From Naegleria gruberi (Eukaryota), in NCBI GenBank assembly GCA_000004985.1, contig GG738905.1: 64,000 nucleotides of DNA; one strand, 5' to 3'. The notes under the pieces were generated by a model. It was not told where the DNA came from. It worked only from the letters and a program-made list of their open reading frames with translations, and searched no databases. The position numbers and the translations under genes were made by a program. Shown here piece after piece: positions 33,052-43,720 of this stretch. The first letter of the stretch is position 1. Every line of letters starts with the position of its first letter.

Positions 33052-35145
33052 ATGAATTACATTAGACAGAGATTTTTATTGGTTGTTTTGTTGTTGGTAA
33101 TTGTTAGCACTATACCTTCTTCGGAATGTAAAATTAACAAACAAGAATTTGATCCAAATAATTTTTTTAACTTTGTACAAATAACAGATGTTCATATTGA
33201 AGATTTCACATCATTGTTAAATAGACCTTCATTTCTAAAGGAAGCACAAGAAAGGTACAATGATTATATTACACTAACTCAGAATATATTACCAAATTTT
33301 GTAAAACCTCATGTAATAACAATAACAGGTGATTTAACTCATGCAATTGCTCTGAATTTTGCTAACAGATCATTGGACTGGATTGACCGAAAGATAAATA
33401 TCTATGTTCCTGGACAATGTGAAGAACAATGGGAGTTTTATTCAAATATTACAAATCTTGCTAATGAACAGTTAGTTAATTCAATGAAAAATTCACACAG
33501 CTCAATCAAGATTGTTTATCCATTTGAGGAGGATATTTCAAATCAAAGAATATTTGATTTACCAGGAAACCATGATGCATTTGGTGTTAGTAATAAGATG
33601 GATGAAAACAAATGGCTATTTTTGAAATATTCTAAAAGTGCAAAGTTTTTTAATAACGGTCAATTTTATGTTTTTGATTTGAAAAATAATTTTGGAAAAT
33701 TTAGATATTTAATGTTTGACTCAACTCCAATAATTGGAAGTTATAGACCTGTGAATTTTTTCTCTTCAATTCAAATTTCACAATTGAGAAAACTTGAAGA
33801 ATTTTTGAGTAGTAACTCTGAAGGAATTTCACAAACATTTGCTTTTGGCCACTATCCATCATCAATGATTTCAATTATTGAGAATGATGGATCTGTATCT
33901 AATACTTATACAATTCAAGATTTTTACAAAAGATTTAATATTATTTCATATTTTAGTGGACATTTACATAAGGAATTCTTTGAAATGTCAAAATATATGC
34001 CAAAGAGTGGACATATTGAAATTCAAAGTCCTGATTTTAAAAAGGAGAGAAGTTTTAAAATTATAACAATGGATAATAATAGAATTGGGTTTAAGGATTT
34101 TACTGTTAGCGAACTGGAGAAAAAACCAGGAGTAATTATTTCGCATCCAAAGGATTGTAGATTTATCACTGATAGAGAGCCAAAAGTGTTCAATGATAAT
34201 TTCATTAGATTATTCATCGTTTATCCATATAATATTGAAAGTGACAAGTTGAATGTTATTGTAAAGCTTGATGGAAATGTTATGGATGAAAATCTCATAA
34301 TAACTAGAGGCCAATCCGAGTATAGAATCAATTTTGATTTCAATAATTTACCAAATGATTCCTCTATCCACAAAATAACTGTAGAATTTGATGGAAGCTC
34401 CATAGTTGAACATTTATTTACAAAGGATGATTCACTTTGTGAACCAGTAAATCTCTCACGCACAGATACAATAAGGTCATTTATTTCATGGTGCGTTTTG
34501 AGCTTGGATTGGAGAACAATATTTAGAGATGTTACTCATTACTCTTGTATTGCATCTGTATTCATATTATTAGCATCAAAATTTATGTTTTTAAGGAGAG
34601 TTACATTTATTGAAGTGATATCACTAGTGCTCCAATCTGTTTCTATGAGATATGGTCTTTGGTTTTTAGGAGTACTAACTGAAGATAATAGATTTGGAGG
34701 ATTACTCAATTTAACATACTTTTACTTTAATTCTGATCCAATCAATACACTAGAACCTATTCACAAATTGGAGCCATTCACTGCTCTCTCAGCTCATTTC
34801 AATAGAGTTACCATTATTGATGACAGCTCTCTATTTTTCACACTTATTGGTCCAACTTTCGTTTTCTCACATTTGGCAATTATTATTGGATACCTATTAT
34901 TGGAATGTCTCGACAGGATTGAAAGCAGATATCACAAAAAATATTTCAAATTGAGAATACTCTTATTTCTAATTATTTCCATTTCTCATATGGTTGGATT
35001 TTTCAATTTCTATAGAAAATATGTTAGATCATATGGCAAAATTGTCTTATTCACATCATTTAACAATGTAATGTTCCCATTTTTGAATATGTCAATAATG
35101 GCAGCTCGAACATACAACGATTGTACAAAGCAAAAAGTTGAATAA
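33052..35145 (+). CDS. Calcineurin-like metallophosphoesterase membrane protein (TMEM62 / PGAP5-Cdc1 family-like).
   Basis: N-terminal signal/TM segment (LLVVLLLVIVSTIPSS). Metallophosphoesterase motifs VQITDVHIED, ITGDLTH, GNHD and GHLHKE. The C-terminal third has multiple predicted TM helices. Confidence 0.6.
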   Translation: MNYIRQRFLLVVLLLVIVSTIPSSECKINKQEFDPNNFFNFVQITDVHIEDFTSLLNRPSFLKEAQERYNDYITLTQNILPNFVKPHVITITGDLTHAIALNFANRSLDWIDRKINIYVPGQCEEQWEFYSNITNLANEQLVNSMKNSHSSIKIVYPFEEDISNQRIFDLPGNHDAFGVSNKMDENKWLFLKYSKSAKFFNNGQFYVFDLKNNFGKFRYLMFDSTPIIGSYRPVNFFSSIQISQLRKLEEFLSSNSEGISQTFAFGHYPSSMISIIENDGSVSNTYTIQDFYKRFNIISYFSGHLHKEFFEMSKYMPKSGHIEIQSPDFKKERSFKIITMDNNRIGFKDFTVSELEKKPGVIISHPKDCRFITDREPKVFNDNFIRLFIVYPYNIESDKLNVIVKLDGNVMDENLIITRGQSEYRINFDFNNLPNDSSIHKITVEFDGSSIVEHLFTKDDSLCEPVNLSRTDTIRSFISWCVLSLDWRTIFRDVTHYSCIASVFILLASKFMFLRRVTFIEVISLVLQSVSMRYGLWFLGVLTEDNRFGGLLNLTYFYFNSDPINTLEPIHKLEPFTALSAHFNRVTIIDDSSLFFTLIGPTFVFSHLAIIIGYLLLECLDRIESRYHKKYFKLRILLFLIISISHMVGFFNFYRKYVRSYGKIVLFTSFNNVMFPFLNMSIMAARTYNDCTKQKVE

Positions 35146-35155
35146 ACTCCATTAT

Positions 35156-35983
35156 CTACTTGTCAAATACCTTTAGACTTTCCAAACAAGAGTCAACTAT
35201 TAAACTCTCCTTTGAATTCAACTTGTTAACTAAATCATATAATTCCTCACTATCCTTGAATCCTTGCTCAAATTTTTTCAACGTGGTTGCTATAAGTTTT
35301 TGATTTACAGGCATATTAAGATCTACTAAACTCTTGGTCGTTTGATTATTTAACGAGTTTTGCTGTTGTGATTGCATATATCTCAAATATAATTCATCCG
35401 TAGATGACATTCCATATCGTTGATTAATCTTTTCCTCTGGTTCTTCATTATTCTTTCGTTTTGCCAGCAGAACATCCACATAATAATACATGAAAACAGT
35501 GTGGAGAAATATTTGTTGTTCCTCTTTAGTACGTAATTGAGCAACAAGTCTTTGAAATTCAATTGTATGTTTAGCAAAATATTCTAAATTATCCTCAAAG
35601 AACTGTAAAGTATTAAAAACAAATGGAGTGAAATTTGCGTTTGGTAAAGCCTTTTTTCTTAACTTTTCCAAATTCTTTTGTTTCTTTTCTAAAATTTCAA
35701 TTTTTGTTAATTCCTTTTCCTTTTCTAACTTTTTAGCTTCCTCCTCCTCTTTTTTACTTATCTTTTCTTGTTGTTTTAAAAGCATGGTTAGGAAATCCTT
35801 TGTATTTGATTTATTTGCACTCGTCTTTTTTCTCTTTTCTTCCTCGAATTGTTTCATAAATTCCTCCAGGAAGGGAGCATTTAGTTTACTCTTTTCCGAT
35901 GGTTGTTTACTTGATGTTTTCATCTGAGGAAGGGAGGAATTCGGTTTTTTGATAGCAGTTTGTGGTTGTGCTCGTTTCTTCAT
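35156..35983 (-). CDS. K/E-rich hypothetical protein (275 aa).
   Basis: Single ORF with a charged, coiled-coil-like N-terminal half. No recognisable domain. The antisense ORF 35628-35927 was judged spurious. Confidence 0.45.
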   Translation of the reverse strand: MKKRAQPQTAIKKPNSSLPQMKTSSKQPSEKSKLNAPFLEEFMKQFEEEKRKKTSANKSNTKDFLTMLLKQQEKISKKEEEEAKKLEKEKELTKIEILEKKQKNLEKLRKKALPNANFTPFVFNTLQFFEDNLEYFAKHTIEFQRLVAQLRTKEEQQIFLHTVFMYYYVDVLLAKRKNNEEPEEKINQRYGMSSTDELYLRYMQSQQQNSLNNQTTKSLVDLNMPVNQKLIATTLKKFEQGFKDSEELYDLVNKLNSKESLIVDSCLESLKVFDK

Positions 35984-36041
35984 TTTTTTTCAATTAAATT
36001 ATTTATTAATAAATGGTATTTAATAAATATTATTTAATAAT

Positions 36042-37680
36042 TTATTCTTTTGTTTGTATTGTAATGTCAGAGAATGGTCCACAAATATTCTGAGAATCAA
36101 TAAATATTTTCATCATTCTATAAGCTTTTGAAATGGTAGGTCTAAGTTGAAAATGGAATTTGGTGAGATCGGATGATTCCCATCTTCTTGTACCATTTAC
36201 AGAACAGACACTTCCACCAAAGATATAGACACTATTTCTATTATAATCCAGACTCATTGAAAAATAGTTTCGTCCAACAAATGTTTCATCAAATTCTGAG
36301 ATATTAAGCTCGTGAGGTGATCTCTTTGCTTCATTTGATTCTTGCCCAAATATTTGTCCAACTCCTTGTAAACATGACTCATCTGATGCAGCGATTGAAT
36401 GTTTGGTATCAACCAAGTACACAACTTCAGGATCATGACTTGAAAGTGTATCACAAACTTGCCATGTTAATTCCTCAACATCAAATATTAAAACATCTCT
36501 TGTGAAATCCTGTGGCTGATCTCTAGTATGACATGTACCACCAAAAGATAATAACTTGGTTGGTGATATCTTTACCATGTTATGAGAACGAGTTTTTGGA
36601 GTTTTAACCCAAAAATTCTTTGTCATTACTCTGTATTCGTCTGGTATTTTCTTAAATGCTGGTATTGGAGAGCTACATGGAATGGCTGTCGATTCAACCT
36701 TAATCCATGTATTTGTTTTAAAGTAGAAAATGAGTGAATCATTACTAACCTTATTAGTTAGAAAATGAATAAATCATTACTAACCTCATTGGTGCATTCT
36801 CTCCAGATCTTAATTTTCCTCCAAACACTACCATTGCATCAATCTTATCAAAATATAAACTTTGATGATAGGCAACTGTTGATGTGACATGTTCGAATCC
36901 AAACATTTTTTCCTTTTTCATGTCTTGAAATTCAACAGTTCCTGCTACATGATCCAACAATACTCTATAGAATGAATTTGTGAAAACTAAATTTCCTCCA
37001 TGACCTCCATAAACATAATATTCTCCATTCCTACGTTTTACTATGGTATGTCCTTCAAGGCCTGGAAGCCATTGTGATGATATGTATCGTCTCCAAATAA
37101 ATGTTTTCATATCAATTCCATAAAATTCATTTGACAGAGTTCTTCCTTGTTTCAACCCTCCATATCTATTAGTAATAGTATTATTAAATATTATTAATTA
37201 AAAACATACAAAAAGACTTCCTTTAAATCATCATCATAATAACATGCTGGAAATATTCTACCTCCATAACAACCATTATATGTTTTCACCTCCTCTACAG
37301 CAATTTTCTCTAATTTAAATCATCATCATCAATTCATAGGAATGATGATAAATTTACATCAATCAACAAAACAAACCTGTTTCTTCATATAATCTATTAA
37401 TTTCATCCAAATGAATTCTCATTAAACAATAATCATTCACAACAGAATTAAAACTGTGCCAAATATTAGAACCCATGAAAATATACAAATAATCATCACA
37501 AATAAATTGATAATTGTGAGAATTTTCAAAATAACGTGATGTTGTAGGATCAATATTATGAGTTGGATATCGGATCGTTGTTGTTCTTTGTTTATCGATA
37601 GTATCACCATCAACATATAATTGTTTAACCTTATCAATAACAAAATCTAAATGAGGTTTTAGTGGTGTTTGTTGTGACAT
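36042..37680 (-). CDS. Kelch-repeat (beta-propeller) protein. Multi-exon (about five exons).
   Basis: Minus ORFs 37363-37680, 36754-37155 and 36042-36626 are linked by short introns with GTTTGT, GTATGT and GTTAGT donors. The 36627-36753 intron contains a ~30-nt tandem duplication. The protein has repeated YGG/FGG kelch blades (YYVYGGHGG, MVVFGGKLR, VYIFGGSV, LLSFGGTC). Confidence 0.55.
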
Positions 37681-38070
37681 TTTTTTCAGTTACTAATCAT
37701 ACAATTACAATGAATATTGCACATTTGATCATCAAATACATCCTATTACAATAATGTAAAACCATAGATGGTCAACCATAATTGAAACATTTGAATTGTT
37801 TACAATGAAATAGATTACTCCGACTTGGATTCTTCACAAAGATGACCATGAGCCTGTACTGTACCTTAATAGTTAACGTAGTTGATGCCGATTGGGAAAA
37901 CTGTAGTTAGCAGATAAACAACATCTTTAAAAAAAACACCACATGACCACACAACAAGAATCACTGAGGACTTGGTTAATTTGTTGTCTCTTTGTAGTAG
38001 CTTTTATTGCCTCCATACAACCATATTACTCTGTATTATCAACAACAACCACTAATACATCATCATCAAG

Positions 38071-38955
38071 TTGTTCAACAGAGGATGGTTATCTGATTTA
38101 CAACAGGAAGCAATAACATTGCAAAATACTGTATCCAAGTTGGAGAAGGCCGTTGGAGTGTTGAATACAACCAATACTAATAGTACCTCACAAATAATTG
38201 CAATGAGAGTTTCTCAGTTGAAAAAGGTAAAGACAGCCCTTAATAATCTTAACTTGGAAATTCAAGTTATTAGTGATAGATGTAATAATTATGATGGAGA
38301 TGATTGTAACATTACAAGAGCATTGAATATTACTGGTGAATTTATGTATTTTAGTTTTGACAATGGTGATTTAGCTGACAAGTATGGAATTCCAACTGAA
38401 TCCTATGGAATGTCATTCAGTGATGCTTCCCCTAGAAAGCCATATTATGGTAAATATGCTGTGTTCAACAAAGCTACTTCTTCAAACTTTAATACAAATA
38501 GTCCAACATGGGTAACTTTTGGTACTGGTAAATCTCTTTCACTGTGGCTTAGAAAGTTAACTAATACGGATTCAGGTGTTGTTTGGAGCTTTCTAATGAG
38601 CCAACCTCCTTTATTTCAACACATGGGAAGTAATGGTTTAGCTTCAAGTGATAATCTTGAATTTTATTGGAAAACATCATCAACATTACCAATAAGGTTT
38701 TATTCTTCATCCAAATTGTTAGACAATGAATGGCATCATCTTGCTGTTGTTTGCAAGGCAACTGGAGTTGATATTTATATTGATGGAGTTTTAGACAATT
38801 CCAGTTCATCAACTTTTGATCCAGTAACAAGTAATATTAAGTTTGGCGGCCTCCAAGGTATCAACTCTGCTTTTTTCAGTGGTCACATGGACGAAATTAG
38901 AATGTTCAATGTTGAATTAACAGCTGCCCAAATCCAACAAATTTATAATTATTAA
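38071..38955 (+). CDS. Concanavalin-A-like/laminin-G-like (LamG) domain protein. The N-terminus is unresolved.
   Basis: The C-terminal part (NEWHHLAVVCKATGVDIYIDGVLDN...FGGLQG...FSGHMDEIRMFNVELTAAQIQQIYN) is a typical LamG / Laminin_G_3 fold signature. An A-rich-context ATG at 37943 opens a signal-anchor ORF (MTTQQESLRTWLICCLFVVAFIASIQ...) in a different frame. That ORF terminates at 38110. Confidence 0.5.
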   Translation: MFNRGWLSDLQQEAITLQNTVSKLEKAVGVLNTTNTNSTSQIIAMRVSQLKKVKTALNNLNLEIQVISDRCNNYDGDDCNITRALNITGEFMYFSFDNGDLADKYGIPTESYGMSFSDASPRKPYYGKYAVFNKATSSNFNTNSPTWVTFGTGKSLSLWLRKLTNTDSGVVWSFLMSQPPLFQHMGSNGLASSDNLEFYWKTSSTLPIRFYSSSKLLDNEWHHLAVVCKATGVDIYIDGVLDNSSSSTFDPVTSNIKFGGLQGINSAFFSGHMDEIRMFNVELTAAQIQQIYNY

Positions 38956-39039
38956 ATCCCACTCAACAGAGTTGGTAAATGAATAAATTCAATATTGTTT
39001 ATTTACATATTAGTACATTTCAATAACCTGAAGAATTTC

Positions 39040-39486
39040 TTACTTCATAAAGGTCAAACATTTTTCAATCATTAGACTTTCATCAATTTCAGAACCATGT
39101 GAACATTGAATAGTTCCAGTCATTCCTTTAAATTTTTTCTTAACTAAATTTGTAGCTGCAGTAAATAAAAACTTTTCCCAAACATTGGTTTCATCCGGAC
39201 ACCAAGTAAGGAACATTATCTTACTTCTGATTCCTTCTCTGAGTTGAGTATTTTCAGTAGGCATTTCGAAACTCAATAAATAGCAGATGAAACGAGTGTT
39301 CTTTGGAGGAAGTTTTGGGATCAATTCGTCCAATGTGGCAAGGTTGGTCAATTCTGCATCAATTTGAATGAAATTGTCTTGCATTTTCAATACTAGAAAC
39401 TTTACATCCTTATAGACACCTTTTCCTAATCTCATTTCGTCGTAGTTTTTGACTACTTCATCGTTGATATCACAATTTTGCAACAT
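39040..39486 (-). CDS. Actin-depolymerising factor / cofilin family protein (ADF-H domain).
   Basis: MLQNCDINDEVVKNYDEMRLGKG...KNTRFICYLLSFEMP...KIMFLTWCPDETNVWEKFLFTAATNLVKKKFKGMTGTIQCSHGSEIDE aligns with the cofilin/ADF pattern (...[26 protein letters not shown]..G...E.Q.N...). The ORF extends upstream to 39735, but the upstream part looks non-homologous. Confidence 0.65.
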   Translation of the reverse strand: MLQNCDINDEVVKNYDEMRLGKGVYKDVKFLVLKMQDNFIQIDAELTNLATLDELIPKLPPKNTRFICYLLSFEMPTENTQLREGIRSKIMFLTWCPDETNVWEKFLFTAATNLVKKKFKGMTGTIQCSHGSEIDESLMIEKCLTFMK

Positions 39487-39782
39487 TGTTATAAACTGGT
39501 TGTTTTGATTTTTGTTTTGATAATATTGAAGGTTTGGAACAAAAGATTTAGCAGGATTTAAGCTCACTTGAACTGTATCAAAATGAAGACAGGTGATTAA
39601 CTTGAAAGATTGGTGGTGCATCAACCAATAGAATTGTTGTATTTTTGATGGACAAGCGGAATTTTGCATTTCATCAACTTGGTATTGTAAACTTTCCAAT
39701 ACAAAGATCACAAATAAATTTGATACAAAATTCAATTAAATAATTTTAAAACATTAAATTTGAGTGGAATTTTTAGAAAAAA

Positions 39783-41528
39783 ATGGAATCACCTCTCAAA
39801 AAGAAGAAACTCGATCACAACACAATAATACCACGAGAGGAAGAAAATATTACTTCTAATGAAAATGTTAAAATAATATTTTCTAATGAATTATCAGAGA
39901 GTTTAATGTTGAAGAAAAAACTAGGAGGAAATAAAGTCCGAACTTTCCATATAATGATGTCATCCTCCTCTGTTAGTATTGATGGTTTATATGATATAGA
40001 TTCGAAGCAAGTAAGAGCGTGTCCACAGAGGAAATGGTTAATTCTTGGTACAGGTAAAGAGATTTTAATATATGATTCGGAAAGTGGGAAATTGCTACGA
40101 ACAATTAAATTAAGGCATTATTTATTTGATTTGGATAGTAGTGGGGAATGTTTGTACATCTATTCGGATAGGAGGATGAGGAAAACGAAACTTGATTTAT
40201 CTTCGGAATGGAAAAGCTGTAAATTTTCAGTGGATCGCTTTACTGTTTGTGAATCCAAGAATGAAATTTATACCATTCACAAGTTGGATATCACTGTTTT
40301 GGATTCTAATAATGGCTCAGTTAAGAGGAGCATTGACATAGGTGAGGATTTCAGTAAGAAGTGGAGATGCACAAAAATTTCATACGACGAGAAGGAGGGA
40401 AAGATTTATCTTTCAGGTAGGGCTGCATTAGAATCAGATGACAGCAGTACTAGTTCAAATGATTCTTCAGATGAAGAACCTGGTGGTTGCGGTGTTATCA
40501 TCGTTGAGGAACGAACTGAGGAACGCAATTATGTAAAATGTGAGGATGGTGTTGATTTTACCATGCCATTTGGAAAGTATTTTGCGTGTTTCACATTTTC
40601 TGATATGGCGTATATCTATGATTCTAAGACAAAAGATTTATTGTCAACCTTTTACTCTACGGATATCTGTGAAGAAGACGAAAGGATCACTTATTTTGAC
40701 AGCGTTACTAATACATTATTCTGTCAAAAAAAAGAAAGAATTTACTGTGGAAAACTTAACATTATGGAGAGCTTAATTGAGACACCAATCAACAAAGAAA
40801 CATGCTTTGCTCTTGAGAAATTGGGAGGTAAATTACCAACAGCTATTACAATGTTTCAATCTACCAATTCATTTAATTTTCCAGAATGCTTAGAGTACTT
40901 GACTGGAATTAAGTTTGCAAATAGGAAGTTGTGGTACATTGATGAAGAGATTGCAAAATATTTTACATTTAAAAAACGCTCGGAACCCTCAACAACAATG
41001 AAGAAATGGATGAAAGAAAATGATGCCATATTGATTGGAGGTTGTTATGACGATTCAAAATTGGAACGTAACAAGTTTGGAGTTTGTCTCTTTGCAAAGA
41101 AATCAGAAGTTTCTAACACAACAAGTGGTGATTTCCCAATTTATTTGTATTACAAAAAAAATAATGATAATAATAATGTAATTAAGAGGTTTTATCTATC
41201 AGAGTTTATTTCCAAATTGGGGACTGCAGAGCTAGTCAAAGAAGAAGATAACTATTTGATTTATTTTGAAAAAATTTATGAAGAATTATTGAAACAAGGA
41301 ATTATTGATTCAGAAAAGAGAGAACTCAATCAATCTCTTTTATTTGAGCAATATCAGAAACTGTTTTGTGATATTAACGAAAAATATGGAAGTTTGGGAC
41401 AGCATTTCCAATTTTCAACAATTAGATTTGAACAAAAAGATTACAAAAAGATTGATTTGCTTGTATTATCTGAATATTGTAGTAATTATTGTGTTGTAAA
41501 TCTGGATGATGTTTATTGGAATAAGTAA
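39783..41528 (+). CDS. Hypothetical protein (581 aa).
   Basis: Long single ORF. No confident domain assignment. Confidence 0.45.
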   Translation: MESPLKKKKLDHNTIIPREEENITSNENVKIIFSNELSESLMLKKKLGGNKVRTFHIMMSSSSVSIDGLYDIDSKQVRACPQRKWLILGTGKEILIYDSESGKLLRTIKLRHYLFDLDSSGECLYIYSDRRMRKTKLDLSSEWKSCKFSVDRFTVCESKNEIYTIHKLDITVLDSNNGSVKRSIDIGEDFSKKWRCTKISYDEKEGKIYLSGRAALESDDSSTSSNDSSDEEPGGCGVIIVEERTEERNYVKCEDGVDFTMPFGKYFACFTFSDMAYIYDSKTKDLLSTFYSTDICEEDERITYFDSVTNTLFCQKKERIYCGKLNIMESLIETPINKETCFALEKLGGKLPTAITMFQSTNSFNFPECLEYLTGIKFANRKLWYIDEEIAKYFTFKKRSEPSTTMKKWMKENDAILIGGCYDDSKLERNKFGVCLFAKKSEVSNTTSGDFPIYLYYKKNNDNNNVIKRFYLSEFISKLGTAELVKEEDNYLIYFEKIYEELLKQGIIDSEKRELNQSLLFEQYQKLFCDINEKYGSLGQHFQFSTIRFEQKDYKKIDLLVLSEYCSNYCVVNLDDVYWNK

Positions 41529-41638
41529 CTGGTAATGTTTGGAAAGTAATTGAAATGGCATTGTAAACAATCCGAAATAAAAAAAGTTCCTTAAGAAATC
41601 TAAAAATATTTTTAGAATTAAAAACAAATTAAAAAATT

Positions 41639-42290
41639 TTGATCATGTCATCATCATCGGAGGAGAAAGCAACACTGAATATTAGATTATTAGATGGCAC
41701 AGCAGTTCAAGCAATATTCAAGGCCGATGCCAAACTATCTGTGGTACAGCGTTATGTTCAAACAAAAGCTGTTGAATTAAAAAAACATTTATTGCCTTTT
41801 GGGAAGGCCTACATTGAAGATAATGCTATTGAATTCCAAACTTTAAATCCAAAAGTTACATTTAAATACGAAGATTTCCCAAATATAACATTAAAAGAAG
41901 CAGGCTTATATCCTCGAGCAGCTATTTCAACAGTTCTTGTTGGTATTGATAGACAAATGAAAAAAGGATCACAAGTTGAAAAGGAAGAACGAGGTAAGTT
42001 ATTATTCTTAACTGTTACTCATCATCATAGCCATTCATAATAAGAGTAAACTCCATTCCGATCCATTAAAAGACGACTTTAAAGAAAGACTAAGAATGGA
42101 AGAAGAATTAGCCAAAAAGAAGGAACAAGAAAAGAAGAAGGAAGAATTGGAAAGACTCAGACTTCAAATCGAGGAAGACAAATCCAAGAGAAAGGAAATT
42201 GATTGGGTAGGTAATGCCTTGAGAAAGGACAAGCCAACTACTGCCACAAAATCATCACCAACACTCCCTCCATCCAATGATGATAATTAA
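41639..42290 (+). CDS. UBX/ubiquitin-like domain protein with a charged coiled-coil C-terminus. Two exons.
   Basis: Exon 1 is 41639-41993, with a GTAAGT donor. The proposed intron is 41994-42030 (37 nt), with acceptor catcatAG. Exon 2 is 42031-42290, in frame. The N-terminal ATLNIRLLDGTAVQAIFKADAKLSVVQRYV resembles the UBX/UBL fold of TUG/ASPSCR1-type proteins. Confidence 0.5.
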
Positions 42291-42706
42291 TCATTTCTTT
42301 TGTAAATTCTCTCCTTCATTCTAATGTAATCATGTAAGAGCTCTTCTCGTTGTTCTCTTGTATAATTTTGTTCGAAACGTGTTGGCCAACGTTCAATATC
42401 AACATGTTCTGCATTCATTGGAGGAATATAAAAATTATTATCACTATTAGCAGCACATGTACCCTCCTCGGAACGTTCATAACTCTTCAAAACAGAAAGT
42501 AAAAAGAGGCCTTCTCTTTGTTTTCTCTGATTGATACGATCATCAAATCTTTCCTTAACAAAATTATTTTCATAATAATTAACTAATTCATAAAACAAAT
42601 AGACATAAAAAATAGAAAGAGAAAGATGGAAGGCTGGATAAGTTCTAAATTCATACTTTCCAGAAGTTAAATACTTGAATCTATTCACTAATCCTTTTAT
42701 CGACAT
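42287..42706 (-). CDS. Small single-pass membrane protein (139 aa), unknown function.
   Basis: Single ORF with one hydrophobic helix (FHLSLSIFYVYLFYELVNYY). Its stop codon overlaps the convergent UBX-gene stop within the sequence AATTAAT. Confidence 0.4.
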   Translation of the reverse strand: MSIKGLVNRFKYLTSGKYEFRTYPAFHLSLSIFYVYLFYELVNYYENNFVKERFDDRINQRKQREGLFLLSVLKSYERSEEGTCAANSDNNFYIPPMNAEHVDIERWPTRFEQNYTREQREELLHDYIRMKERIYKRND

Positions 42707-42732
42707 TTTTTAATATTAAATTTATATTAAAA

Positions 42733-43715
42733 ATGTCTCGATCATCATTGGTTGCCTCAAACACGAAGGCTTCTTCATGTCGGAATGTTTGTACTCACTG
42801 TGGATTTATGCAGGATCATACAAGTATTTATACGGAAGGAAAAAAAGATATTAGATTAAATAGATGCGAGAATTGTAATGAATTGATTGATAAATATGTG
42901 GAGTATGAATTTACTACCATCATGTTCGATTTACTCTTGTTGAAAACTAAAGCTTTTATTCATGTTTTATTTAATTATATTAATAGATCGAGTTTAATTA
43001 ATGTAAATATTAGAAAATTTAATTTAATTATTTAAAATGTTTAGAATAATTTAATGAGATTGATATTATCTTCAATATTATTGAGAACTTGTATGTTTTA
43101 TTAATTTGGAATAGAAATTTAAATAATATCCATATAGATTTAAAGTTTTTATTGTTAGGAGAAAATGATTTGGAAAATTTATGTGGTAATTTCAAATTTG
43201 TGTTTGGAGAGCAAAACAAATTGGTTTTTCTTGAAAATTCCTCAATTTTTTACTTTATTTTCATATTAATGACTCTTGAAATTTGTCTTTCAATTGGGTC
43301 AAATGTAATACTCACATGGTTATTCCAGAAAGAAAGAATTGGAAACAGATTAAAGTTAATAGTATTGGGTACCATGTTGAGTGAATTTTCAGAGTTACTA
43401 AGAGCTCCACTTATTATTTGGAGAGATGAAATCAATCCAATGTCTCCATACATTACATTTTCCATAACTATTTACAATTTCATAACCATGATGACAATAT
43501 GTAGAGTAGTAATATTTGAGGTTAAGGAAAATATGAGCCAATATTCAAATTCTTTCTCTAAATGGTCAATCTCATTCATAATAACTTTATTTACCTTTAC
43601 TATCAAATGGTTATTCTGTTCATATTTTACAACCTTCCTTTTACACCAAATTAATTGCTCTCAGAGAGAAATCAATATTTTGGATGTTTTCAAACATATT
43701 TCATTTTGGAAGTAA
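42733..43715 (+). CDS. ARV1: ARV1 homologue (sterol/sphingolipid homeostasis protein; Arv1 homology domain + multi-TM). Two exons.
   Basis: Exon 1 is 42733-43002. It contains the zinc-ribbon CxxCG...CENCNELIDKYVEYEFTTIMFDLLLLKTKAFIHVLFN, matching the Arv1 homology domain (CxxC...C.sC....DKYIEYD...IDAILCKAQAYRHILFN). The donor is GTAAAT at 43003. The acceptor is most likely 43057-43058 (ttaatgAG) or 43084-43085. Exon 2 runs to 43715 with several TM helices. Confidence 0.7.
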
Positions 43716-43720
43716 ATTAT

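Noticed and set aside
35628-35927. Plus-strand Phe/Ser-rich ORF (99 aa)
   Set aside because: Antisense of the K/E-rich coding region 35156-35983 (complement of AAA/GAA codons gives TTT/TTC).
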